The notes beneath the pieces were generated by a model. That model ran no database searches. It was not told the origin of the DNA and saw only the letters and a program-made list of their open reading frames with translations. Shown here in pieces: positions 1-12,036 of a DNA stretch of 64,000 nt. Source of the stretch: Octopus sinensis (lineage: Eukaryota); NCBI RefSeq assembly GCF_006345805.1, contig NC_042998.1, positions 32,054,001-32,118,000 of the forward strand, written 5' to 3'. Every line of letters starts with the position of its first letter. Positions within the stretch are counted from its first letter, which is position 1. Position numbers and translations under genes: made by a program.

Positions 1-473
1 GTGTTGTTGTTTCGTCTATTTTGATTTGTAGGAGGTATGGTCGGTGGTCCATTTTGAGCTCTGTGGTTTTCAGTTCTTTGATTACTTTACTTTTTATATT
101 ATCATAATCATTAGGCTCCCCTTTGTTGTTTCCAGGTTTTAGATTTGTGTCGCTTTCTTTCTTATTTATATGTTTGTTTGTCGTGTTTTGGCTTGCTGTT
201 TGTCGTGTATTATTATGCATCCTTACGGTCTAGGTTTGTTGTTTTTTGTTTACATCGTGTTTGTTGGGAATGTTACATTTGTCTTCGTGTTTTACTGTTT
301 CAGTATTTATACTATTGGGCATTGTTGTGTGGCTTCTATCTACATTTTCCTGGTGTAGTTTTTCTTTTAGATGTTCTATTTCTATTTCTGATATTTTTTT
401 TGCGTTGAGAATGTATTTTCGTACGTTAGCTAGTTTATTAGGGTTCATTGCTGTATCCAAGTCTATATTTATG
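1..473 (-). mobile_element. Decayed 5' ORF fragment of a probable R4/Dong-type non-LTR retrotransposon
   Basis: Minus-strand translation across stops/frameshifts gives MNPNKLANVRKYILNAKKISEIEIEHLK...KSKVIKELKTTELKMDHRPYLLQIK, resembling the N-terminal region of R4-clade ORFs as I recall it. It abuts a (TTA)n tract. No RT motif is inside the window. Confidence 0.4.
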
Positions 474-482
474 TTATCATTA

Positions 483-555
<73 letters not shown>

Positions 556-567
556 CATTATTATTAT
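474..567. repeat. (TTA)n microsatellite
   Basis: About 30 near-perfect TTA units; source of the poly-Asn/poly-Leu ORFs. Confidence 0.97.
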
Positions 568-1529
568 GGATTTTCAAAACTCGAAACGGCTTGCTGAGTT
601 CTGCATTGGCCTACGCATCCATTGGGTACTACTGCATAAGTCACCGACTCTTCGCCATAGTTTTGTATTCATGTTGTTGCATTTGTATTGTCTACACATA
701 TAAATGCATTGAAGCTAGAGTTTTGTTTCACTTCAGTGGAGGTGTCCAGCGTTGTAGCTATGCGGCTAAAAGGGGACATAATGAAGTGGGTCAGAAGATC
801 GGCGGACCTCATTAGTTCCTTATTCAGTTAGGCTTCATTATCGATCATCAACTTTGTGCAAGTAGATTCGCTTGACTTGGTTTCTTCCATTTGGGATGTC
901 ACGGCAGGATGTATACCCTGTTGGTATCAATAGATAGCTTCATGTACTTTTCTGTCAGCTGGGCAAGATCAATATTTCGAACTTCAATTATCTCGATGGC
1001 TTCTTTGAAACTTTTGATATAGACACTCTTCTTATTTTCAAACTCAGATGTCCCAGAAACAGATCGTTCTCTTGTTAGTTTATTGTTTTCCAGTTTATTG
1101 TTTATATTACAGAAGTCTTCCGCTTTTAAACCCATCGATTATAAAATCGCTTTCTTTCATTTTACTTTTGCTTCTTATCGCCAAGCTCTCAGACCCTCGA
1201 CAAGAGCGAGAGCTTCTTTGAGAAGACGCTACAGTATTTCAATTTTGTTGAGCTTGAGAAACACTCAAACTTTGTACTCAACCTGACATCTGTCATCTTT
1301 ACGTTGAGAAAACGCTACATTGTGCAAAGGATCGCAAGGAGAGTGTAACTGACAGCACAAGCTGTTTTGCGAATGTTGATCTGTAAGCGGTCTATTGTTG
1401 CGTCCAGGTAAAATATCAAGCTGAGTAAAAAGAAAGCAACGTTTTGAAACATGAAATCAATCTCAATTTATTTCAACAATACAGAAATTTCATCCATCAA
1501 AATAAGTACCATTACAACCAACACATTTT

Positions 1530-1800
1530 TGCCAAGGAGTTTTGTTTATTCTCGTAAGATAAAAATCTGGAGTTCTGTCATTGATGACACATGGGCGTCC
1601 ACTACGCTCACAATCATCAAGGCTCAGGTCTCCATTGCGAAATCGTTTAATCTATTTTCGAACTGACCACTCACTGGTCATTTCCCTACCAAAGGTTTCG
1701 TTGATATCTCGAGCAGTTTCTGCTGTTTTACGAAGTTGAATAGCAAAATTGCTCGAACATCGCGCTTTCACAGTTCCATTCCAGATGATTGTAACAACGG
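1530..1800 (-). mobile_element. Mariner transposase N-terminal (HTH) remnant
   Basis: Minus strand reads ARDINETFGREMTSEWSVRK*IKRFRNGDLSLDDCERSGRPCVINDR, matching the mariner WF..F..GD.SL.D..RSGRP pattern, with an in-frame stop. Confidence 0.75.
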
Positions 1801-2994
1801 TGAAAAAGATATTAATGTTAATCTATAGATGTAATTGGGTAAGACTATGTCTGTATTATCGGACAATTGTAGAAGAATGTTTTTTAAAACATGCAAAACT
1901 GCAAAATCTGGTAGAAATGCTTCAGGGTTCAAAACGTTGCCTTCTTTTTACTCAACTTGATAAATATATACAGCCACAAGTGCCCAAAATTATTATATAA
2001 TGGATATTAATAATTTCCTCTCAGAAGTAACATATCAGTCATAAATATTTTAACTCAGTATTGAAAGATATTCAGTAGATTTTGTTGTCTTGAAATTGTT
2101 ACATGGGTTTAACATTTCAATTTTTATTTAATACTGATCGTTATATTTTCATTCCAGCTTGACAGACGCCCTGTCTATCCTCGTGCCGATCCCAAGCTAT
2201 TCCACATACGGAACACACGTAACATTATTCTTTACGAGGTTTGATAGATGCTTGCAAGAAAGATGACAACGTAAAATATTATAGAAATAAACTATTAGAG
2301 ATTAATAAGAAGAAATGAAATAAATATGGATATAACAAAATAACTTTAACTTGTATCAAAATAACTGCGCATCTGCAACGTTTTGCTGAAGCATTTATCA
2401 AAAACATGGAAACAAAATATAATATTGAAATAAAGACAAAAACAGTAGTAAAACGTGTTTAGATATCTGTAAGAACTGTAGAAAGTTATGAAATAGTGAA
2501 ATATGACAGGTAAATGAAAAATTACTGAAATATTTTTGAATATTATAAGACTGAAATAAATAAATTGGGAAATAATTTTTAAACGTTTATATAAAATCGT
2601 CGAACGTCATGAAATAATGAAATTTTAAAATATTTTGATTTGCTGTGGATTACAGATGAATATGGACGTTGCAGGGCACAAATTATTTTTGCATTACGTG
2701 AATATTTCCTTTCTTTAAAGTTAAGTTCCCATCACAATATAGTAATGCAAATATAGTGAATGACATCATTCGAGAAAACATAAGGCTCAAAAATTGTATC
2801 TTCACTTAAAGGTAGAACATAGATTCAAGTGAGTAGGAGATGGTGAGAAAAACAATTAGGACTTTGAATGACTGAAGTATTCAAAATGAACGAGAAAGAA
2901 AAGAACTTTATTAAAATATTAACAAAAAAAATTCTAAGATTTCTTTTTTTTTTTCATCTATTCCATACAGATAGAAAAGATAGGTTAACTTAGT

Positions 2995-3203
2995 TTCAGA
3001 TTTTGGTACAAGGCCACTGATTTCGAGGGATAGGGTAGATCGATTAGATTGACATACAGTTTTCAACTGGTACTTATTTTATCGAATCCGAAAGGATGAA
3101 AGGCAAAGTCGATCCCGGAAGCATTTGAACCCAGGACGTAAAGTTGGAAGAAATGCGACTAAACATTTCTCCCGGTGCGGCAACACCTCTGCCAGCTCGC
3201 CCC
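2995..3203 (-). mobile_element. tRNA-derived SINE family A, diverged copy
   Basis: Matches other copies (ctgccagctcgcc head; gaaaggatgaaaggcaaagtcga core; actggtactta motif). Confidence 0.8.
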
Positions 3204-3387
3204 CTACGGTTGGTCTCATATTAGAATATACTCTCGTTAATTCCACACATTTCTCAGACAGTCTCTATTTCATTGAATCTAAGAGTCATTCACATAAGAA
3301 GCAATGAAAGTTATGATTTACTTAGGGATAGTGAGATAGATGTTGGTAGAAAAAACCACAATCACCACACACACACACACACACACT

Positions 3388-3425
<38 letters not shown>

Positions 3426-3457
3426 ATATATATATATATGTATATATAGTGTCGTGG

Positions 3458-3499
<42 letters not shown>

Positions 3500-3502
<3 letters not shown>

Positions 3503-3788
3503 ATGATCACATGACCGACCAGACCATCAGATGTTGTTACACATCGCTGGTCACAATGCGTTCGCATTGCTTTAGCCTTCGAATGACGCCACCCCGCTGG
3601 CTAAGCGAGCAGGCCAATAGAAGAAAGAGTGAGAGAAAGTTGTGGCGAAAGAGTACAGCAGGGACCGCCACCACCCCCTGCCGGAGCCTCGTGGAGCTTT
3701 AGGTGTTTTCGCTCAATAAACACTCACAACGCCCTGTCTGGGAATCGAAACCGCGATCTCACGACCGTGAGTCCGCTGCCCTAACCAC
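3500..3788 (-). mobile_element. tRNA-derived SINE family B
   Basis: Minus strand starts gtggttagggcagcggactcacggtcgtgagatcgcggtttcgattccc (partial A box, B box). Closely similar to 53201-53487; TA-rich sequence on both sides. Confidence 0.85.
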
Positions 3789-4512
3789 ATATATATACGT
3801 AAACAGACTTGAGTTCGGTTATTTATTGAGATGTCCTTATATTAGATTTATAACTGTAAGCATACATACATGCACAAACACATGTATACATACAAACATA
3901 TATACATACATACATACATACATACATACTTCACTGGAACTGTAAAAATCTGTTATACGTACCAGAAGTTTATCATTTAAATATTTATGAGCATTCTAGA
4001 TATGCAACTATATGCATGAGAATACATACGTAAAACAAAACATGCAAATCTGCACACGAGGGCCAGTCAGCCGGTAGTGGCAACGACCACGCTCAAAAGC
4101 TGTGTTTTACGCGTCACCTGCACGGGGTGGGGCAGTCCGGCGGCACTGACAATGACCACGCTCGTATTCAATGAAGATTGTTTGAGCTTTATTTCAAGGT
4201 GAATGTAGTTAAAATACTTCAATTTTAGAAACAAATGACTATTTGCCTGCTTCTTAATCGTGCAATATTAGCATTTTCTAAACTTACACAACCTACAATT
4301 GACCAGTTTTTTTTTTAATGAAAATGCGATACTTTTGCATTTTTAATTATAATTGTGTTATTGTTTCAAAGGTATTGGCGTTTTTACGGCGAGAAGACAC
4401 TTATTTCTTCTTTTGCTGGTGTCTCAAATTTAAGTTAAATCTCAGCGGGGAGGCCTATGGGACGGTCGGATAGGTTGTTTTGAGAAAATTTGGTTTAAAT
4501 GTCTGACAACTC

Positions 4513-4605
4513 AGCAAAACGCTCCCCGTCCAATAAAAAGCAATGTAAGTTATGATTTACTTAGGGATAGTGAGATAGATGTTGTTGGACGGGGAGCGTT
4601 TTGCT
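4513..4605. repeat. 21-bp perfect inverted repeat with 51-nt spacer
   Basis: agcaaaacgctccccgtccaa (4513-4533) and its reverse complement ttggacggggagcgttttgct (4585-4605). Confidence 0.9.
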
Positions 4606-4608
4606 CGC

Positions 4609-4645
<37 letters not shown>

Positions 4646-4912
4646 ATATATATTATATATATATATATATGCATGTATGTGTGTATGTATATATGCATGT
4701 ATGTGTGTATATGTGTGTGTTTGTGTGTGTGCATCTGTGCGTACGTGTGTGTGTGTAGTAGATTTTTAGAATATGGAGAAAACCACAGATAAACGAACAC
4801 ATCGATTGGACCTCATTTATAGCTTATTTTTTAATACAAAGCATAACAATGAAATCAAACCATTGCCAGGGTATAATACAGGTAACGGATACCGATAGCA
4901 TATACTGATATG

Positions 4913-4950
<38 letters not shown>

Positions 4951-4951
4951 T

Positions 4952-4988
<37 letters not shown>

Positions 4989-6416
4989 GCATGTATACAT
5001 GTGTTCGTGTATTAATAAAGAAATAACATGTGTTCGTGTATGATATGTAAATTTGTCTATTCTCTTAGAACAGAACCTTTCTTTATTAAAATCAGATTCC
5101 TATTTTAATATTCTTTCAGTTTGAGAGTTTCAAAAGTATTTCAAATTCCTTTTTTATCTTCCATCTAATTTTTTTTCAGTTGTCCGTCTTTACTCTTATG
5201 GGTATCAAAAGAATAAAAACACATACTGGTGTTTCGTAAACTTCCGCTGTTGTTTTAAATGTCTCGTCACAGACACCACTCGCTATATTTTACCATTTTT
5301 ATCGCTGAAAACTACCAACTATTTGGTGAAACATCTCAGACAATCAAATAGATCTGCAGCAGCAAGATAACTTATAAGAAATAGTTTTCTTGCATTTTCG
5401 AAAATGTTTGCCGTTAATGCTATTAAATGTTTCAATGATTGGTTTTATTCATCTTCTAATCTTCACAACTTTTCGAAAACTTTCTATAGAATATTTGTAA
5501 ATTGTTTTAAGTGAACAAAGTTGTTCAACACGTAAAATAATTCAAATTGTTAATATTGTTTAACTAAAACATTTTTGGATGGTTAAATGATAATTATTTA
5601 TCTAATTGATTTTGCATTAAATCTTAATAAACGATAGCAAATGTCACCATAAATCAAATGAAGTATTTGAAATATGACTTTACATACATCTTGTAACGTA
5701 AAAGCGTAGACACATTCTTCTGCTCAAATTCCTGTGATGTATCAAACAAATCGAATGTTAATATAGAGTAATACACTTCTCATTAGTGAAGCAAATATTC
5801 AATCAGTGAGCTAATTAAGATTATTGATCGCAACAAGTGACACGTATCAGTTTTTAGAATAAAATAGACATTTGATTTATTTATACTTTTGTAATAAAAT
5901 AATTTATCGTTTCCATTTTAAGTACTTTCATTAATGTAGGTTCTTTAACTCTGTCAAGTAATTATTCCAGGAATTTATAACACGATCAATAAAAACAGCG
6001 CCTAATAACTTAACGATAACAATCTAGTATTCTAGTATTCTCCAAAGTAACATATAAATTCCATTTATTTAGTATAGTTTACACATCTCACTTAAAAAAG
6101 AAGCTTTAAGAGACGACATTTCCGACTAGAAGTAAACAAAGCATTTGTATCAAATCACAATCTGAAGTCTTTTAAAATGAAGGTATATTAAATGTAGATA
6201 GCATCAAGAATTCTTTCTACTATACGCAAAAATCCTGAAATTATGAGGAGTGCGGGGTGTGTCTGCTTGTCGATTACATAGATTCCAGTATTGTATTGGA
6301 ACTTGTTTTATTGACAGGAAAGGAAGAAATGGATAGTCGGCCTCGGTGAAATTTGAACTCAGACCGTAGAACCAGCGTGTAAAAATTCTGTAAGCTCTCT
6401 GCATTGGTGATAATAA

Positions 6417-7080
6417 TTCTTTCTAATATAAGCAAACGGCCTGAAAATTTGGGGGAGGTGGCTGGGTGATTATTTAGACCCCTGTGTTCAACTGATACGT
6501 CTTTTGTCGACCACGAAAGCACAAAATGTACAGTCGGCTTCAGCAGAATTTGAACTCAGAACGTAAAGACAGAGGAAATGTCTCTAAGCGTATTGCTCTG
6601 GATGCTAACAATTCTGCCAGCTCGTCGCCATTATTGATTATTAATAATGGTTTCAAATTATGGCACAAGGCCAACAATTTCGCGGGGTGGGGACTAATCA
6701 ATTACATCGACCTTGTAGTCAACTAGGACTTATTTTATCGACCCACAAGTGAGGAAAAAACAAAATCGATCTCGGTGGAGTTTGAACTCGTAACGTAAGG
6801 ACCGACGGAATTCGGCAAAGCATTTCGTCCGGTGTGCTAACGGTTTGTCAGCTTGCCACTTTCATTATGATGATGTTATCAATAACAAATGGTTTCAAAT
6901 TTTGTCACAATGCTAGCAATTTTATGGACGTGGTAAGTCTATATCATCGTCCCTTGTACTTGACTGGTACCTATTTCATAGAATCCAAAACGTGAAGAGG
7001 AGGCCTAAATGCTGCTAAGGACTTTTGTCTGGTGTGCTGAGGACTTTCGTCTGGTGTGCTAAGGAATCCGCCGACTGGGC
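6417..7080 (-). mobile_element. Cluster of three diverged SINE-A copies
   Basis: Three successive tail-core-head units (~6417-6630, ~6640-6860, ~6893-7080) with atttgaactc B-box reverse complement and/or ctgccagctc-like heads; the third is the most degenerate. Confidence 0.7.
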
Positions 7081-7388
7081 TTCTTCGATTTCATTTAGCA
7101 AATCTTTATATTTTCTGAGGCTGTCAAATTTTTTTATCGAGATATTATGATCACAAGAAATACTCATGTCAGTCATTAAGCAGAATTTATTGTTTGGGTC
7201 TTTCACAATAATAACCAGTTTATTAGCTTTGATGGTTCTCGCTCTATGTTCTGGAAAGTTGTGACGAAACGTGGAGTAAATCCAAAGTACCGATTCTGCA
7301 ACGATGAGATTAAAACAGCGGACCACATAATCTCTGGATGTAAAGTTTTAGCAACAATGGAATATTAATCAAAACATGAACTGCTCTT

Positions 7389-7475
7389 ACTCACTCACTC
7401 ACTCACTCACTCACTCACTCACTCACTCACTCACTCACTCACTCACTCAATCACTCATTCACTCACTCATTCACT
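7389..7475. repeat. (ACTC)n microsatellite
   Basis: About 20 ACTC units. Confidence 0.95.
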
Positions 7476-9555
7476 TACAATTGTTAGTTTTTAGCGAAGC
7501 ACTCAATATTTGATTCTCATGATCAGCGGACTTAATTCTACATTTCCCTACTTACAGTTTTTAACTGGTAAACCTTATTATTGCACTTTCTTAATACATG
7601 TACACTTTCAATGCCCATAACTCAGATAATTCTGCATTTTTCCAGATGAACGTTTCCAAAGACAGTACATAATTGTTTGATTCCAGAACGTATTTAATAA
7701 GTGTGACCCAATACAATCAACTCATACTTTAAATGCTTAAAATTCTTTAAAAATGAAACTAAACTTCCACACCAAGTTCAGTTCGGACACTGTGTATCAT
7801 TTATACTTATTTTACAAATCATAATATTTATTGCTTATTTACAGTTCATTCAACATTTTCATGAAGCTAAATGAGCCATCGAATTTAGAAATATTTTATA
7901 GGTTTCATTGTTCATGCTCCATTACTTTCAATATTGATTTTTTGTGTGTCCAATTTCTAATTTTTGCAGACAATATCACTTTTAAACTTTATTTGACACG
8001 TGAGTAGAACTCAAGTCTGGAAACCTCGTAACATATTTAGATTGTTGAAAAAAATCAATAATAGGGCCCCTCCAATGGATCCTTCTACCTACTACATATT
8101 ACTAATATTTCATTTAAACAACCCAAAGGAAATAAGGAAATAACGCATACCACCTGCAGTTTTTAGCGAAGCGATCAAAATTTGATTCTCTAGATCAGAC
8201 GACTAAATTCTGCATTTCACTACTCAGTTTTGAACTGCTAAACATTATTATAGCACTTCCTTGATTTGAATCTTAAACCTTAAAGACTACATTCATACAT
8301 TTCTATACATATATAAATTTTTACAGTTACACTTTTTCCATGGCAGTGGGTTAATTTTTCATTCTACAACGTATTTGTAGTGGCTTCATGCAGGTACAGC
8401 GTGGATTCGATCCTCGATTGGCAAATTTCACTTAACACTTCAACAGCACTTTTCTCTCGTTAAATCTATAGTTTTCCTGTGAATGACAGCAGTTATACAT
8501 TTCCCAGATTCTTTCGCTAAGCATGATTATGTCTTTGCCATCTGACCCTTCTAACTTCTAGGCCACCACTGGCTGGAATAGAGTTAACAAACCTGCAACG
8601 GAACCATTTGTTCTCAACAATATGTCTATCCTTCTGGTTGCTTTTCAATAGTTATAAAAACAAGAACTCCATAAGCTAAAGCAGTTACTGAGAGCGACCA
8701 TGAGTGAGTGTGAACATTATTATTGCACTTTCTTCATTTCATTCTTAAACATTAAACACTTCATTCATATATTTATATACATATATGCTACATTTATATA
8801 TTACCCTTAATAAATTAGCCTTCATAAAGTTCACCTTTAAAATTCCACGACGAATCACAGTACTTTGTCGCCAACCTCCGAAAACCTCTCTCGCTAACAT
8901 CCAACAATCTTTGCCTCCTCCAAATGACAGTTGTTTTAATACTTTTCTGTGATGGAAAATACACCTTTTGTGGCAGCTATAACGAAATTGCTCTATACAC
9001 TCATCCTTTTTTGCTGAAGCTAATACACTGTGGTGTTGCAGCTAAGTGTGACAGGTCAAAGCTCACTTTGATTATTGTTTATTTATGTGTATGTATAATT
9101 GCAGTAAACCTGTTTTCTAGACTTCTATTTAAGGTTACGGTGGAAATTGTGTTTATATTAATCTGCGTTTCTCATTATATGCTACAAACAAATGGAAAAT
9201 ACATGAAAATCCTTAGTGCCAGCATATTTAATAAAGGATGATGCAAAATCGTAGTAGAAATAATTAGGTGAAGAGAAAAGGTATTAAACACATTGAGTAA
9301 TTATTTCGTCAAATAAGATGAGTAATTCAGAAAGTTTTTCTTTGATATCTGACTCCATCAGCGAAACATATACGCCCGTACGTTTGTGACAATAGTGATA
9401 GAAGTAGAGCTAAGTACATGTACACTAATGCATAATGATGGAGAAGAACATGGGAAGGCTTTAGACAATATTTTACTCACTCCTTCATGCACACACTCAT
9501 ATATGCATACATATATATATAAAGATATATACATACATATATGTATATATATTTG

Positions 9556-9589
<34 letters not shown>

Positions 9590-9633
9590 ATAGTTATACA
9601 CACACACACACACACCACACACACACACCACAC

Positions 9634-9664
<31 letters not shown>

Positions 9665-9670
9665 ATATAA

Positions 9671-9883
9671 GAGGAAGCTTTACGAAAATAAACAAAAGAC
9701 GAAAGCAGGTGGAGTACAAACAAACAATTGTATTAGTATGGCGCTCAGGAATAGAAATAAAACAAGTCTTTTACGTTTCGAGACTACGCTCTTCAACAGA
9801 AAGATACACAGAAAAGAAACACGGAGAGAAACAAGGAGAGAAAATAAATGCGTGCAGGAGCTAACGAATCAACATGGCGGTCA
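9671..9883 (-). mobile_element. Short non-autonomous pseudo-LTR-like element with hammerhead-like motif (U6 family, copy 1)
   Basis: Homologous end to end to 23328-23508 (+); TA-rich repeats on both sides. Confidence 0.7.
9767..9804 (-). ncRNA. Minimal type I hammerhead-like motif, core CUGUUGA
   Basis: tcttt-CTGTTGA-a-gagc gtag tctc-GAAA-cgt-a-aaaga: 5-bp stem I, stem II with one mismatch, ACGU palindromic stem III, GUA triplet; A6 replaced by U. Confidence 0.55.
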
Positions 9884-9896
9884 TATATATACATAT

Positions 9897-9950
<54 letters not shown>

Positions 9951-9960
9951 ATATATATAC

Positions 9961-10234
9961 GAGACTCCGGTATCGTTTTTCATCTAGTACAGCAAATTAT
10001 TTTCATAACAAACTGTGCTGACGAAGTTACAGATATCCTTGTGATATTAATAACTGAAACCGTTCGGTACACAGGTGATTATTCCATTTCGTATATTTCT
10101 TTTGTCTTATCTATTGCTTTGGGTCGTGCTGAATTTTATTTTATTTGAGAACATAATCTTTGTGGAGAATGGCGATTTGACATCTATATCTAGCATGTTG
10201 ACTGTCCACTTTTTCGTGTCCAGTCCTTAATTGG

Positions 10235-10235
<1 letters not shown>
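9961..10235 (+). mobile_element. Solo pseudo-LTR-like element carrying a canonical hammerhead
   Basis: Unique ~275-bp island bounded by (TA)n on both sides, containing the ribozyme at 10013-10074. Confidence 0.6.
10013..10074 (+). ncRNA. Type I hammerhead ribozyme, canonical core
   Basis: ctgtg-CTGACGA-agtta[ca gatatc cttgt gatatt aa]taact-GAAA-ccg tt cggt-a-cacag. Stems I (5 bp), II (5+6 bp) and III (4 bp) all pair; GUA triplet, predicted cut after 10069. Confidence 0.8.
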
Positions 10236-10265
<30 letters not shown>

Positions 10266-10361
10266 CTACGGATAACAACAGGTAATCGAAATTCTGCCGG
10301 TGCTTTACTCATCATCTATATGCACACACATATATACATATGTGTGTGTATATAAATTATA

Positions 10362-10401
<40 letters not shown>

Positions 10402-11662
10402 TATGTATAGAGATATTACATATATTATTCTCTGTATATATATATATATATATATACAGACAGACACAGAAGGCGTCATTTAAGGTAAGGATGCTGATTA
10501 AACGTATTTTTCTATTTTCGGTTATGTAATCACGATTACAAATATATGACAAAATAAGAGATATTTTACTGTTGGAAGTGAAAATATGATGGAAACTCAA
10601 GCAGAACAATTCTTGATTGGTATAATGCAATTACTGACTGAAATAAGAAAGTCATAGAAATTAAAGTTACTTAATTAACGAACATTTTAGAAGAAAAAAA
10701 TTACTTTCCTTGTTCATATTTTATATTTTACTCTATTTCAGTTTGACAAACAGTTCCTACAATTTGATTATATCATCGTATGATCACTTGTAATCGGTAA
10801 ACAAAAGAAAATTCTTCAGAAATGTCTGAATATCTTCAATGAAACTGCTAAGTTTTCACTTTGTCCTTTCAATAAAATATTTTCACAGCTGCCATTATTT
10901 TGACATTTTGAATACAGTTCACCAGAAATGTTTCATGCATATTGAGGTCACTACCATCGATCTAGATTAAAATCTATTTGGGTTTGTGGGATGCGTTGCA
11001 CCGAAAACAAAAAAGATTTGATTGATATGACAAGGAGCTGGGATTCAGTTGGCTCCGAAGCATAAAATTAATTGATTGTTGTAAGTGCAATCATACGTTC
11101 TGGCCATTTCAGTCGCTGTTCAATGAATTCTTATTGCTGTGTTCCAACAAAATGAAACTTGCGCCCAAACTGAATCGAATACTTGAGTATGATCAAGGCA
11201 ACATTATGGCACAAAGCTGCATATTTGGATAATGTGTCACTGCTATATTTAGATCAAGGAAATCATAAAGAGTAGGCTGTATAAACAGATGATCGAGTAG
11301 GTGAGCTTTTATATCCTAAGAGTACTGAAGGTGGGATTTGCGGGGGGGGGGGGGGGTACGTAACTATGATATGAAAAATGCAGCAATAATAGTAAAGCTA
11401 TTTTTCCTAAGAAAAATCATCTTAGTGAGGCAGTTGCCAGTACAACATTCAGATTTAAATTTGATGTACAGATGAAACAGCATTCGAGCAGAAGAGTAAC
11501 CATCTCCCTGCAAGAATGCTCCACCAAAATAACACAGAAGAGTGGAACCAGAAGTAAGTAACTCAGAACTGAATTACGCCATTCTGTAAAAACGGTACAT
11601 TTGTTTCGTTTAGCAAGGACATTCTACAGGGATACTCACACACACACACACACACTCATATA

Positions 11663-11713
<51 letters not shown>

Positions 11714-11786
11714 ATATTAGGGAATAAATCCAAATTTACAGGGAAAAAATCAGATTTAGGATTAAATCCAATTTTATAGTAAAATA

Positions 11787-11983
11787 TTATATAATATTAA
11801 TTAGAGACAAAACCACTATTTTGTAAAACATACATAAAATTTTAATAAAAGTTAAAAAAAGTAAAAAATAAAAAGTAAAAAATACTTTTTTTTACTTTTT
11901 TTTACTTTTTACTTTTTATTAAAATTTTATGTATTGATTAAGTCTTTCCTGTTTGTTTTACAAAATAGCGGTTTTGTCTCTAA

Positions 11984-11996
<13 letters not shown>
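11787..11996. repeat. ~200-bp imperfect fold-back next to (TA)n
   Basis: tatataatattaattagagacaaaaccactattttgtaaaaca...tacataaaattttaataaaagt is mirrored by acttttattaaaattttatgta...tgttttacaaaatagcggttttgtctctaattaatattatata; centre ~11883. Confidence 0.85.

Positions 11997-12032
<36 letters not shown>

Positions 12033-12036
<4 letters not shown>

Noticed and set aside
230-815. Poly-Asn (minus) and poly-Leu (plus) ORFs
   Set aside because: The homopolymer comes from the (TTA)n tract; only the downstream minus-strand part looks like a TE remnant.
600-1300. Possible decayed retrotransposon ORF1 (coiled-coil and knuckle-like traces, minus strand)
   Set aside because: Too many stops and no unambiguous motif; cannot be assigned without an HMM search.
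11472-11553. Candidate exon ending AGAA|gtaagt
   Set aside because: Weak acceptor, two open frames, no recognisable homology.
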